DNA from: an uncultured delta proteobacterium
Lineage (GTDB): Bacteria; Desulfobacterota; Binatia; UBA9968
Length of the DNA: 64,000 bases
Direction of reading: 5' to 3'
Assembly: GCA_963816145.1 (NCBI GenBank)
Contig: CAWFJP010000002.1
Span: 256,001 to 320,000 of the forward strand
Below, piece after piece: positions 1 through 12,584 of this stretch. The notes beneath the pieces are model-generated. The model was not told the origin of the DNA, made no database searches, and saw only the letters and a program-made list of their open reading frames with translations. Within the stretch, counting starts at the first letter, position 1. Each line of letters begins with the position of its first letter. The position numbers and the translations under genes are program-made.

Positions 1-739
1 CGCCTTGACCGATCCGGAGTTCAAGGAATTTCCCCGCGAGCGGCGCATCGAACTGGCGACCTACACGACGATGACCCAGTATGACGAAACGTTTAAGCAT
101 CCGATGGCCTACCAGCCGCGTGAGATTAGAAAGATCTTGGGCGAAGTAGCGAGCCAGGCGGGAATCAAGCAGCTGCGGATCGCCGAGACGGAGAAATATG
201 CCCATGTGACTTATTTCTTCAACGGCGGCGAGGAAAGCAAATTCCCCGGCGAGGAACGAATTCTCATTCCTTCGCCGAAAGATGTCGCGACCTACGATTT
301 GAAGCCGGAGATGAGCGCGCGGCCGGTGACCGAGGCGCTGGTCAAACACTTGCGCGAAACCGATGTCGGCATGGTGATCGCCAACTATGCCAACGCCGAC
401 ATGGTCGGCCATACCGGAAACTTCGAAGCGTCGGTCAAAGCGGTCGAAGTCATCGACGAGTGCTTGGGCAAGGTGGTCGACGCGACGCTGGCCAAGAAGG
501 GCAAGGTTATTATTACCGCCGACCATGGCAACATCGAGCAGCTGATCGACTATGACACGGGCATGCCACATACGGCGCATACCATCAATCTCGTGCCGGT
601 GATTCTAATCGACGAAGCGCATCGCAAGTGCCGGCTCAATCAAGGTACCGCCATCGACGTCGCGCCAACGGTGCTGCAATTGCTCGGTTTGCCCCAGCCG
701 GCGGAGATGACCGGCCATTCTTTGATTGTTGAGTCGTAA
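1..739 (+). CDS. gpmI: 2,3-bisphosphoglycerate-independent phosphoglycerate mutase (5' truncated by window edge)
   Basis: Motifs [36 protein letters not shown]. Confidence 0.95.
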   Translation, partial: ALTDPEFKEFPRERRIELATYTTMTQYDETFKHPMAYQPREIRKILGEVASQAGIKQLRIAETEKYAHVTYFFNGGEESKFPGEERILIPSPKDVATYDLKPEMSARPVTEALVKHLRETDVGMVIANYANADMVGHTGNFEASVKAVEVIDECLGKVVDATLAKKGKVIITADHGNIEQLIDYDTGMPHTAHTINLVPVILIDEAHRKCRLNQGTAIDVAPTVLQLLGLPQPAEMTGHSLIVES

Positions 740-795
740 GCCTCACCTTTCAGCTTTGCGCCTTGCCGCAGGGATTTGCTAAGGTCCCTCTCGAC

Positions 796-1557
796 ATGGT
801 GCTTTCCGTTAATCCACGGTTGCCTGAGCGCATCGATTGGCTGTTCGATTGGCTCTATCCGCCGCGCTGCCGGGCTTGCCGCGGGCGAATCTTGGGGCGA
901 GACGCCGAGTATTTCTGTGCGATCTGCCGCGAGAATATCCAACTGGTTGGCCATCCCCTGTGCGATGTTTGCGGCCGGCCTTTCCCTGACGCCAGCGGCG
1001 ATGATCACACCTGTGGGGGTTGTTTGGAGCGGCGGCCGCACTTTGTCGCGGCGCGTGCTTGGGCCTGTTACCCACGTGAAGAGGAGCATCCGCTGCGCGC
1101 CGTGGTGCAGAAATTCAAATACGCGCGCAAGGTCTCGCTGGGAAAGCCGTTGGGGAGGTTGATGGCGCGTGGCTGCCAAGAGTTTCTCGCCGTGGTGAAC
1201 GCCGACCTGATTGTGCCGGTGCCACTCTACCCGAAGCGGTTGCGCTGGCGCGGCTTCAATCAATCGGTGCTCTTGGGACGCGAGGTTTCCCGCGCTTACG
1301 CTATCCCGATGGATCCGTTCCTGTTGCAGCGCCGGCGCGAGACCGCGGCGCAGACCCAGCTGCCCGAGGACGAGCGGCGGCGCAACGTGCGCGACGCCTT
1401 CGCGCTCAATTCGGACCGGGCCGTCAAGGATAAACGCATCTTGCTGATCGACGATGTTTACACCTCGGGTTCGACGGTGAATGAATGCAGCCGAACGTTG
1501 AAACAGGGCGGGGCCAAAGAAGTGTATGTTCTGACTCTGGCGCGCGCGGTGTACTGA
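796..1557 (+). CDS. comF: ComF family protein (double zinc ribbon + PRTase domain); start could be 763
   Basis: N-terminal CxxC pairs, RGFNQS, LLIDDVYTSGST. Confidence 0.9.
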   Translation: MVLSVNPRLPERIDWLFDWLYPPRCRACRGRILGRDAEYFCAICRENIQLVGHPLCDVCGRPFPDASGDDHTCGGCLERRPHFVAARAWACYPREEEHPLRAVVQKFKYARKVSLGKPLGRLMARGCQEFLAVVNADLIVPVPLYPKRLRWRGFNQSVLLGREVSRAYAIPMDPFLLQRRRETAAQTQLPEDERRRNVRDAFALNSDRAVKDKRILLIDDVYTSGSTVNECSRTLKQGGAKEVYVLTLARAVY

Positions 1558-1575
1558 ATCCGAGCTAGAAAATAG

Positions 1576-2157
1576 ATGTCGACGAACGACCGAATTCGCT
1601 GGGACAGGCAGTATATGAATTCACCGGGTGCTGAACAGCCGTCGGCTTTTCTGCGCGAGATTGTCGAGTGCGACGCATGGCAGGTTCTAAGCGGGAAGGC
1701 GCTTGACGTCGCCTGCGGGAATGGGCGGAACGCGATTTATCTGGCGCAATGCGGATTCGCCGTGACCGCGCTGGATATTTCCCAGGTCGCCTTGGCGGAA
1801 GGCCGGCGGCGGGCGCAGCAGCAGAAGCTGCAAATCGATTGGCAGCAACGCGACTTGGAAGCGAGCGAGCTCGATTCTGGCGATTTCGATTTGGTTATCA
1901 ATTTCAACTATCTCCAGCGTTCGTTATTCCGACCAATTCAGCAGGCGGTGAAGCGAGGCGGCCACGTGATCTTCGAGACCTATCTGATCGACCAGGCGGA
2001 GTTCGGTCAGCCGAAGAACCCCGATTATTTATTGCAGCATAATGAACTGCTCGACTTATTTCGCGCTTTTCGCGTTCTGTCGTATCATGAGGGACGCTGC
2101 GAAGATGGTGGTGCGCCGTCGTTTCGCGCCGGGATTTTCGCGCAGAGGGCTAAATGA
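1576..2157 (+). CDS. Class I SAM-dependent methyltransferase (TehB-like)
   Basis: ALDVACGNGRN motif I; NYLQR; GGHVIFET. Confidence 0.85.
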   Translation: MSTNDRIRWDRQYMNSPGAEQPSAFLREIVECDAWQVLSGKALDVACGNGRNAIYLAQCGFAVTALDISQVALAEGRRRAQQQKLQIDWQQRDLEASELDSGDFDLVINFNYLQRSLFRPIQQAVKRGGHVIFETYLIDQAEFGQPKNPDYLLQHNELLDLFRAFRVLSYHEGRCEDGGAPSFRAGIFAQRAK

Positions 2158-2831
2158 ATAATCTTGCGGCAGCGACACAAGGCAGGTTAAACGGCTCCTT
2201 CGATATCCAGGAATTCCGCGCGTGGTGCGCGCGATGCCGCCGTCCCAGCGTGACCTGTTACTGTGCGCTTCTTGAACCCTTCGACTCAGTGCCGCGTTTC
2301 GTGATTCTCAGCCAGCCGCGCGAGACCAAGCACCGTCTTGGCACCGGCCGGATGGCCCATCTGGGGCTGGCCAATTCACTTTGGTACGAGGGCGTGGATT
2401 TTTCACAGCATCCTCATGTCAATCGGCAGATCGCCGATCCCGCCCACGCGCCGATGCTGCTTTATCCTGGGCGACACGCTGTTAATCTTTCGAAGCTGAA
2501 CGCGCTTGAACGCAGGAGTCTGACCCCCGAGCCGCGCAATCCGTTGGTTTTTGTTCTCGATGGAACGTGGAAGAGCGTGCGCAAGATGCTCCATCTGAGT
2601 GGTAATCTGCGGCGGCTGCCGACCATTTGTTTCGAGCCGCCAACGCCGTCAGCTTATGGCTTCCGTCGCGAACCACGGCCGGAGTGCTACTCGACCATCG
2701 AAGCGATTCACCAAGTCATCGAACTCTTCAACGGCCCCGACATGGAGGACGGATCGGTGCGCCGTCACGACCGCTTGCTCAAGGCATTTCACTTCATGGT
2801 CGCAATCCAACTGGCCTACACGCCGTCGTGA
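2154..2831 (+). CDS. DTW-domain protein (tRNA-uridine aminocarboxypropyltransferase family)
   Basis: CxxC..CxC N-terminus, LLYP, VLDGTW, STIEAI; ATGA/TAAATG-type coupling to the upstream gene. Confidence 0.85.
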   Translation: MNNLAAATQGRLNGSFDIQEFRAWCARCRRPSVTCYCALLEPFDSVPRFVILSQPRETKHRLGTGRMAHLGLANSLWYEGVDFSQHPHVNRQIADPAHAPMLLYPGRHAVNLSKLNALERRSLTPEPRNPLVFVLDGTWKSVRKMLHLSGNLRRLPTICFEPPTPSAYGFRREPRPECYSTIEAIHQVIELFNGPDMEDGSVRRHDRLLKAFHFMVAIQLAYTPS

Positions 2832-2993
2832 GCCTTTAAATAGGATCATTCTTCTCGCGATTGTCGTCCGCCAAAGCTTCAGCACCGCCGCACCGCCGTT
2901 AGGTCGCTGAGTCATTTCGAGTAACGCGATAAATCTATCCCATCCCGACCATCATTGTCGCAGCCGGTGCCCGGGCTTATAGCCGCCTTGCGG

Positions 2994-3022
2994 TTGTTAA
3001 TATCACAATATCCGCATATAAT
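2994..3022 (+). promoter_or_regulatory. Sigma70 promoter with candidate SahR-type operator in the spacer
   Basis: TTGTTA (2994-2999), 17 bp, TATAAT (3017-3022); imperfect 20-bp palindrome ATATCACAATATCCGCATAT at 3000-3019. Confidence 0.6.
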
Positions 3023-3043
3023 CATAAATATTGAGCTAAACCG

Positions 3044-4039
3044 ATGGATTTCGTACGCACACTCAAAGCCCTGGCCGATCCGCTGCGCTTGCGCGTGCTC
3101 GCCGCGGTCGCCGAAGAGGAGCTGACCGTTGGTGAAGTGCAAGAAGTGGTCGCGTCGATGCAGTCATCGGTATCGCGCAATCTGGCGATGCTGCGTGACG
3201 CGGGTTTCGTGCAGGACCGCAAGGAAGGCACCAGTGTCTATTTCTCGGTGCGGTCCGACATGGCGGAGCCGGCGCGTGAGCTATTCGAGGCCCTCCAACC
3301 CAGATTCAATGAGATTCCTGAAATCAAAAAGGACAGGGCGCGCTTGGCAGAATGCCGCCGCCGCCGTCTGCACCGCTCGCAGAGTTATTTCGAGTCGGTG
3401 GCCGGCGACTGGGAGCGGATTCGCAAGAGTTACTTCGACGACCGCGTTACCTCGCTGGCGATTGAGAAATTGCTGCCGCGAAATCTTGTCTTAGCCGATA
3501 TCGGCTGCGGCACTGGCAGCTTGACCTTCGAGTTGGCCCGTTTCGCGCGAAAAGTGATCGGCGTCGATCTATCCGGCGAGATGCTGCGACGCGCCCGCGC
3601 TCTCGCCAAAGAGCGCGCGCTCGACAACGTCGAGTTCCGCCAGGGCGACGCGCTCCAGCTGCCAGTGGAATCGTACAGTGTCGACGCGGCGTTTTGCGTG
3701 ATGGTGCTGCATTTTCTCCCCGATCCGGCGCGGGCGATTGCCGGCCTCTGCCGCATCGTTCGGCCCGGTGGCACGGTGATTCTCGTCGATTTGGTCGAAC
3801 ACAAGCAGGAATGGATGCGGGAGCAGATGGCGCATCAGTGGCTGGGCTTTGACCAAGGGTCGATCGAGGGCTGGTTTCGCGCCGCGGGAGTGGAGTCGGT
3901 TGACTACGATCTGACCGGTTCATTTGCCGGCGAGAAAATCGCTCGCAACGGCAACCGGCCGGTGGAGATTTTTGTCGCCCGGGCGAGTCTACCGGCGAAA
4001 AACGTTTTAACCACAAAGAGCACAAAGGGCACAAGGTAA
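3044..4039 (+). CDS. sahR: ArsR-HTH + methyltransferase-domain regulator (SahR/SamR-like)
   Basis: KALADPLRLRVL..SQSSVSRNL-type ArsR HTH; LADIGCGTG SAM motif; directly upstream of metH. Confidence 0.8.
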   Translation: MDFVRTLKALADPLRLRVLAAVAEEELTVGEVQEVVASMQSSVSRNLAMLRDAGFVQDRKEGTSVYFSVRSDMAEPARELFEALQPRFNEIPEIKKDRARLAECRRRRLHRSQSYFESVAGDWERIRKSYFDDRVTSLAIEKLLPRNLVLADIGCGTGSLTFELARFARKVIGVDLSGEMLRRARALAKERALDNVEFRQGDALQLPVESYSVDAAFCVMVLHFLPDPARAIAGLCRIVRPGGTVILVDLVEHKQEWMREQMAHQWLGFDQGSIEGWFRAAGVESVDYDLTGSFAGEKIARNGNRPVEIFVARASLPAKNVLTTKSTKGTR

Positions 4040-4186
4040 GAAGAACTCGGACAGGAGAATTAGGCGCGAAGAGTGCAGCCGGCGTATAAAAATTCCGAGA
4101 AGACCTTTCGGTGCAGGGCTAAAGCGTGCCTAGCTCGCAGTTCTTTACCTCGATTTAGAAAAAAACACAGCGGAAAAGAGCACTTC

Positions 4187-7885
<3,699 letters not shown>

Positions 7886-7891
7886 GCGTGC

Positions 7892-8005
7892 ATGCTGGGC
7901 CGCGCTTTGCGCCGCGCCGTCAAGGTTGCGCGTAAGACCTCGCGCGTGGTTGGCACGCCAATTTACATCTGGAAAGATGGCAAAGTCATCGCCGAAAAGC
8001 CGTAA
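7892..8005 (+). CDS. 37-aa small basic protein or remnant, not in ORF track
   Basis: Manual translation MLGRALRRAVKVARKTSRVVGTPIYIWKDGKVIAEKP*. Confidence 0.5.
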   Translation: MLGRALRRAVKVARKTSRVVGTPIYIWKDGKVIAEKP

Positions 8006-8147
8006 GCAGGCTCACTCGATTCTCCAACTCGCAGTCGCATAATTACTTGGCAAAGCCCAGGGTGACTGTGTTAGAGTTCTTCGGCTGGTTGAGAATTCCG
8101 ACTCATTACAAATGGATAGAACGAGAACCATGGAATAGGAGCAAGCT

Positions 8148-8531
8148 ATGCCTACGAAAAGTGATCCGATTATCATCGAGGCGGCGGGGATGCGGATTTG
8201 GGTGGATTACCGGCGCGGCATCGGCGGCGATGAGGGGCTGACCTTCGATGTCACAACGGTGGGCGACAAAGACGGCGACAGAATTCTGCGCTTCGATTGC
8301 TTCAGTAAGACGCCGCATTATCATGTTGGCTCGGCACCCAAGAGCCCCGTCCATGACATGAACGCCGAGGGCATAACCGACCCGGTTCGCTGGACTCTGG
8401 AGCAGCTCAAAACTCGCCTTCCTTCGATGGTCGCCGAAGCCGGCTATGGCGACATCGCCAAGGCGATCGACCAACCCGCGATCGCGCAGAGCCTAGCTCG
8501 GGTGGAGGAAGATATTTTCGCCAAGCTTTAA
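8148..8531 (+). CDS. Conserved hypothetical protein (LRFDCF..PHYH motif)
   Basis: RBS AGGAG upstream, host-like codon usage. Confidence 0.75.
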   Translation: MPTKSDPIIIEAAGMRIWVDYRRGIGGDEGLTFDVTTVGDKDGDRILRFDCFSKTPHYHVGSAPKSPVHDMNAEGITDPVRWTLEQLKTRLPSMVAEAGYGDIAKAIDQPAIAQSLARVEEDIFAKL

Positions 8532-8612
8532 CAGCACGGCAGTTAAGCTCGGTTTTTCAGAGGTAATTGGCGACCGCTTGGCGGGCAGATTTAAACCATT
8601 GCCTGGCGACGA

Positions 8613-9860
8613 CTAGTATTTCTTTGTGATCTTGCCGTAGATTTGCAGGACATTCAGATTCCTATAAACCACTTCGCCATCTTGAGATTCTTCTTGACTG
8701 CGAACGGATTTGACCACCGCCCAGATCACCGCCGGAATCAGCAACAGACCTGCGAATAATAAGGAAAGCCAAATTCCCATCTGATAAATCCCGCCTCGAA
8801 TCGACGAGTTGCTCCCGGAGTTCGGCCCGCTCGCCTGTGGATTTTTCGACGCAGCGCCAAAAGCGAATTTGCCCTCATTACCGCTTCCCGATGCAGATCC
8901 CGCAACAGCGCCGGAATCCCTGGCCGCTGCGTCGCTCGAAACGCCGTCCGAAGCCCCGCCTGAGGCCGCCCCGTTGCGACCGCCTGAGCCGCTGCCGGAA
9001 CCTCCTCCAGAACCTCCTCCAGAACCTCCGCTGGAGCCACCACCAGATCCGCCAACACCGCTGTCACCCGAACCGCCGCCGGCGCTTCCGCCACCTGCAC
9101 CAGCGCCAAAGGCACCGCCGGAACCACCTGGGGAGCCACCATTAAATCCGCCCGAAGAACCGCCTCCAGACCCGCTGCCAAAACTCCCGCCTGAACCTCC
9201 ACCTGCACTGCCGCCAGAGTTGCCGCCTGAACCACCGGACGAGCCGCCGCCAAATCCACCACCCGAGTTGCCGCCGCCTGTCACGCCGCTGGAAGAACCA
9301 CCTCCTGAGCCGCCACCCGCGGCGCCGCTACCAGATCCGCCCGAAGAACTGCCCCCAGATCCGCCACCGAAACTCCCGCCTGAACCACCTCCGCCTGCAC
9401 TGCCGCCAGAGCTGCCACCTGAGCCACCAGAGCTGCTACCAGATCCGCCCAAAGAACCGCCGCCGGACCCGCCGCCAGAGCCACCGGATGAACCACCGCC
9501 AAATCCACCGCTGGAGTTGCCGCCGCCCGTCCCGCCGCTGGAACCTCCTCCTGTGCCTCCACCTGTGGCGCCATCGGAGCTGCTACCGGATCCACTCGAC
9601 GAGCCGCCGCCAGATCCGCCGGCACCACTCGCTCCACCGGAACTCGAGCCCGATCCGCCGCTGGATCCGTTGTCGGTGGTGGGGGAAATCGAACCGCTGA
9701 CGCCAGTCCAAGCGGTCTGTAAGCCTTGACCAAAGTCTGTATCGCGGATACCCAACCAAAAGACGAAAGTGACGAGGAGGACGACAAGCGTGTACTCAAC
9801 TAGCGCTTGGCCGTCGCGATTGAAAATCAGTCGTTTCTTAGTAAGGCAAATGTTGTCCAT
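8613..9860 (-). CDS. Flp-type pilin N-terminus + Gly/Ser-rich linker + C-terminal TM anchor
   Basis: RDG|QALVEY Flp motif followed by hydrophobic helix; long G/S tract; second hydrophobic helix near C-terminus; GAGG upstream of ATG 9860. Confidence 0.8.
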   Translation of the reverse strand: MDNICLTKKRLIFNRDGQALVEYTLVVLLVTFVFWLGIRDTDFGQGLQTAWTGVSGSISPTTDNGSSGGSGSSSGGASGAGGSGGGSSSGSGSSSDGATGGGTGGGSSGGTGGGNSSGGFGGGSSGGSGGGSGGGSLGGSGSSSGGSGGSSGGSAGGGGSGGSFGGGSGGSSSGGSGSGAAGGGSGGGSSSGVTGGGNSGGGFGGGSSGGSGGNSGGSAGGGSGGSFGSGSGGGSSGGFNGGSPGGSGGAFGAGAGGGSAGGGSGDSGVGGSGGGSSGGSGGGSGGGSGSGSGGRNGAASGGASDGVSSDAAARDSGAVAGSASGSGNEGKFAFGAASKNPQASGPNSGSNSSIRGGIYQMGIWLSLLFAGLLLIPAVIWAVVKSVRSQEESQDGEVVYRNLNVLQIYGKITKKY

Positions 9861-10267
9861 GCGACGCGTTTCCTCTTGAGCCATGCGATTGAGCAACATC
9901 TAGGCCGTATTGATCGGCTCCCAAGCGCGGTGAAAAGCACTCGCAGTATCACCGGATGACAGCCGGGTCGTTGGAATCAAGACCCGATTAAAGCGGCTTC
10001 GGGCTCTAGCGCCACAAGTTTCTGCCAGCATTCGTGAAACGATTGAGACCGACAAGAAACTTTTAGGAAGAAAACCGCCCGCCCATTACTTTCAGGATCC
10101 GTTATGAACGTCGATATTTTTAGACAGCAAATCGTTTGCCTTCACCCAAAGGTCCAGTGGAAAGCATCCGCAATCAGCTGGACCGCTCGCTGTGCGCAGG
10201 ATATAACCGCATTCACTGAAGCTGGTGTCAGGGCAACAATCGAAACGATCGAAGGAGGCAACGAAAC

Positions 10268-11416
10268 ATGGCGCAGGATTTTGTCGGGACCAAACGCTGG
10301 ATACGTCCGGCGACTCCCTATGAGCTTTACATGGAGGAGCAAAATCTGCCGATCCATCGCGGCGCCGTGGGATTCTATGACATCCGCGATCTAACCTTGG
10401 CGCCCTGGAATCGCATGGGCGCGCAGGGCGCCTTCATCGAGCTCAACGGCTGCGGCGGACTCCAGGGCATGTACGTGATCGAAGTGCCCAGCGCAGGCGT
10501 GATCACTCCGGAAAAACATATGTACGAGGAGATCTTCTACGTGCTCGAAGGGCGCGGCACGACCGAGATCTGGAACGAGGGCGATGGCAACAAGAAGCAG
10601 ACCTTCGAATGGCAGCAGGGCAGCCTGTTCTCGCCGCCGCTCAACACTTGGCACCGCATCGTCAATGCCACATCGAGCCCGGCCTTGCTGCTCGGCGTGA
10701 CCAACGCGCCGCCGATTTTTCATCTGTATAGGAGCCAGGATGCGCTGTTCAACAATCCTTATCAGTTCAAAGATCGTTACGACGGCGGCGCGGAATATTT
10801 CAAAGCGCACACCGAGCTCGGCAAAGATCCGCGCCACGGCCGGGCGCGCAACTATGGCAATATCATCCCGGACGCCGATCGCGTCGAGCTGCCGCTCGAC
10901 GGCCAGCGCGGCGTGGGGCACCGGACCTTCTTTTGGAACCTGTCCGGCAATAGTTTTCAGGGCTTCATCGCGCAGTACGCGCCCGGCCGCTACTCGCGCT
11001 GTCACAACCATGAAGCCGGCCCGGTGCTGCTCTGTCTCGGCGGCAAGGGCTACACCATCACCTGGCCCGGCGATGCGGGGACGACGCCGTGGAAGGACGG
11101 CAAAGGCGAATTGGTCCTGCGCCAAGACTACAAGCCAGGCGGCATCGTCAGCGCCGCCCCCGGCGACGCCGGCTGGTTCCACGGCCACTACGGCGCGTCG
11201 AAAGAACCGTTGCGCGTGCTCGCCTTTCTCGGCGGCTTTCCCCGGCGCGTGATGGGTGTGCCTGGTGTCGATTGGCGCGGCTTGAATCTCGACGTCAAAG
11301 AAGGCGGCAGCACCATCGAATACCGCGACGAGGACCCGTACATCCGCCAGATGTTCAAGGAGCAGTTGGCTAAGGAAGGCGCGGCGTTCAATATGCCGGA
11401 GGAAGTTTATCGGTGA
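10268..11416 (+). CDS. Bicupin-domain protein
   Basis: HMYEEIFYVLEG..WH and HNHEAG..FHGH cupin motifs; RBS GGAGG. Confidence 0.85.
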   Translation: MAQDFVGTKRWIRPATPYELYMEEQNLPIHRGAVGFYDIRDLTLAPWNRMGAQGAFIELNGCGGLQGMYVIEVPSAGVITPEKHMYEEIFYVLEGRGTTEIWNEGDGNKKQTFEWQQGSLFSPPLNTWHRIVNATSSPALLLGVTNAPPIFHLYRSQDALFNNPYQFKDRYDGGAEYFKAHTELGKDPRHGRARNYGNIIPDADRVELPLDGQRGVGHRTFFWNLSGNSFQGFIAQYAPGRYSRCHNHEAGPVLLCLGGKGYTITWPGDAGTTPWKDGKGELVLRQDYKPGGIVSAAPGDAGWFHGHYGASKEPLRVLAFLGGFPRRVMGVPGVDWRGLNLDVKEGGSTIEYRDEDPYIRQMFKEQLAKEGAAFNMPEEVYR

Positions 11417-11488
11417 GCTATGTGCGCGCCGTAGATTGTAAAGACTCTTATGCCAGATCCGGAAGTCGCAGCGAATTCACGTTGGGTA

Positions 11489-12286
11489 TTACTCCCCGTT
11501 GTTCTCCGCTAAGTGCGCAAAGCGTTTTTTCATGAGATCTATTTGCGTGAGATAGCGCTGCAGGCTGTGTGTGCCGCAAAGTTCGCCGGGCGCCGGGCGG
11601 AAGCCCCGGGCGGCGAAAGTCTCACCGCGTTTCAAACCACAAAGGTGGATCACCGCAGCCAGTTTTTGTTTTTGTCCAGGGCTAACTTTGACTGCGCGGC
11701 GAGCCGCCAGCGAATCGACCACGCTCTGGTGCAGATAGCCGGCGGTCAGTTCGACCGCATGGCTCGGCAGCGTTCGAGTATAGAGACTGTTGAACCAGCA
11801 GGAACCCAAATTGTCCCGCGCATCTTCGCTCGCCACTTGATGATCGCGGATGCAGTACTTGCGCGCTTGGGCGAAAGTGCCGTCGGTGAGTTGAAACATG
11901 CCGAGCGCGCTCGAGGCCGGACGATAAATTTCCAAGGGATTCCACGACCACTGCCAGCGCCAGTAGGTGCGCGCAACGGGATTGCCGTCGCTCTCGACCT
12001 GCGCCAGCGCGGCGAGCAATTCCGGCGAGATAATACTGGTCGAATATTTTTCAAACAGCGCGCCGTAACTTTGCCAGGTGGCTGCGGGATTTTTCGCGAA
12101 GGAGCCGCTGACCGGAGCGAACAGCTCGCCGGGCTTCCGTATCACCTGATAGACCAAGTTAAGCGTGAAGAACGCGGCAAGCCCAACAACGCACCACCAG
12201 ACGATGCTTCGTTTGCGGAGCAGTTTGGCAAAGCTTCTCGACCTTCGCCTGCGGTATCGGACGCCGCTCAGAACGGTAGCTGCCAC
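11489..12286 (-). CDS. Membrane-anchored lytic transglycosylase (SLT-like)
   Basis: N-terminal TM; ALAQVESDGNP catalytic ES; ALGMFQ motif. Confidence 0.75.
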   Translation of the reverse strand: MAATVLSGVRYRRRRSRSFAKLLRKRSIVWWCVVGLAAFFTLNLVYQVIRKPGELFAPVSGSFAKNPAATWQSYGALFEKYSTSIISPELLAALAQVESDGNPVARTYWRWQWSWNPLEIYRPASSALGMFQLTDGTFAQARKYCIRDHQVASEDARDNLGSCWFNSLYTRTLPSHAVELTAGYLHQSVVDSLAARRAVKVSPGQKQKLAAVIHLCGLKRGETFAARGFRPAPGELCGTHSLQRYLTQIDLMKKRFAHLAENNGE

Positions 12287-12584
12287 GCGAAAAGATTAAC
12301 CTCTCGGTGATTTTGCATCAAGGCTGAAGTGAGCTTTGAACAATCTGGACTAGCGGCAATCATCGCCCATGAGCGAAAGCTACTGACGATGGGGTGGCGC
12401 GCAAGAAATTTGGACGGGTCTCAATGATTGTGGAGATTGTTGTGCCCGACCGCGAAGCATCCACCGCAGCACATAATGTGATGAGCCTCAGACTAGTGGC
12501 GATGCTCGATTTATCCATAAAGCAGTACGTCACCTTGATGTTGTTAAGGCAGTTAAGTAGGTCGAGCCAACTGTGATTTATAAA

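Noticed and set aside
2832-4186. SAM/SAH/cobalamin riboswitch before sahR or metH
   Set aside because: No recognisable consensus by eye in either intergenic region; an Rfam scan would be definitive.
8990-9670. CRISPR-like or tandem array
   Set aside because: Repeats are codon-level within a CDS, with no constant repeat/unique spacer structure and no cas genes.
8809-9729. 306-aa Pro/Glu-rich ORF on + strand
   Set aside because: Antisense shadow of the Gly/Ser linker; the minus ORF has the pilin motif, RBS and TM helices.
9900-10145. Possible c-di-GMP riboswitch or sigma54 promoter upstream of the pilin
   Set aside because: Only fragments match (GGCAAAC on minus, ATGACAGCCGGG on plus, i.e. 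opposite strands); TGGC..TTG spacing is one base short.
11513-12310. 265-aa plus-strand ORF opposite the SLT gene
   Set aside because: No motifs; the minus strand carries the lytic transglycosylase signature.
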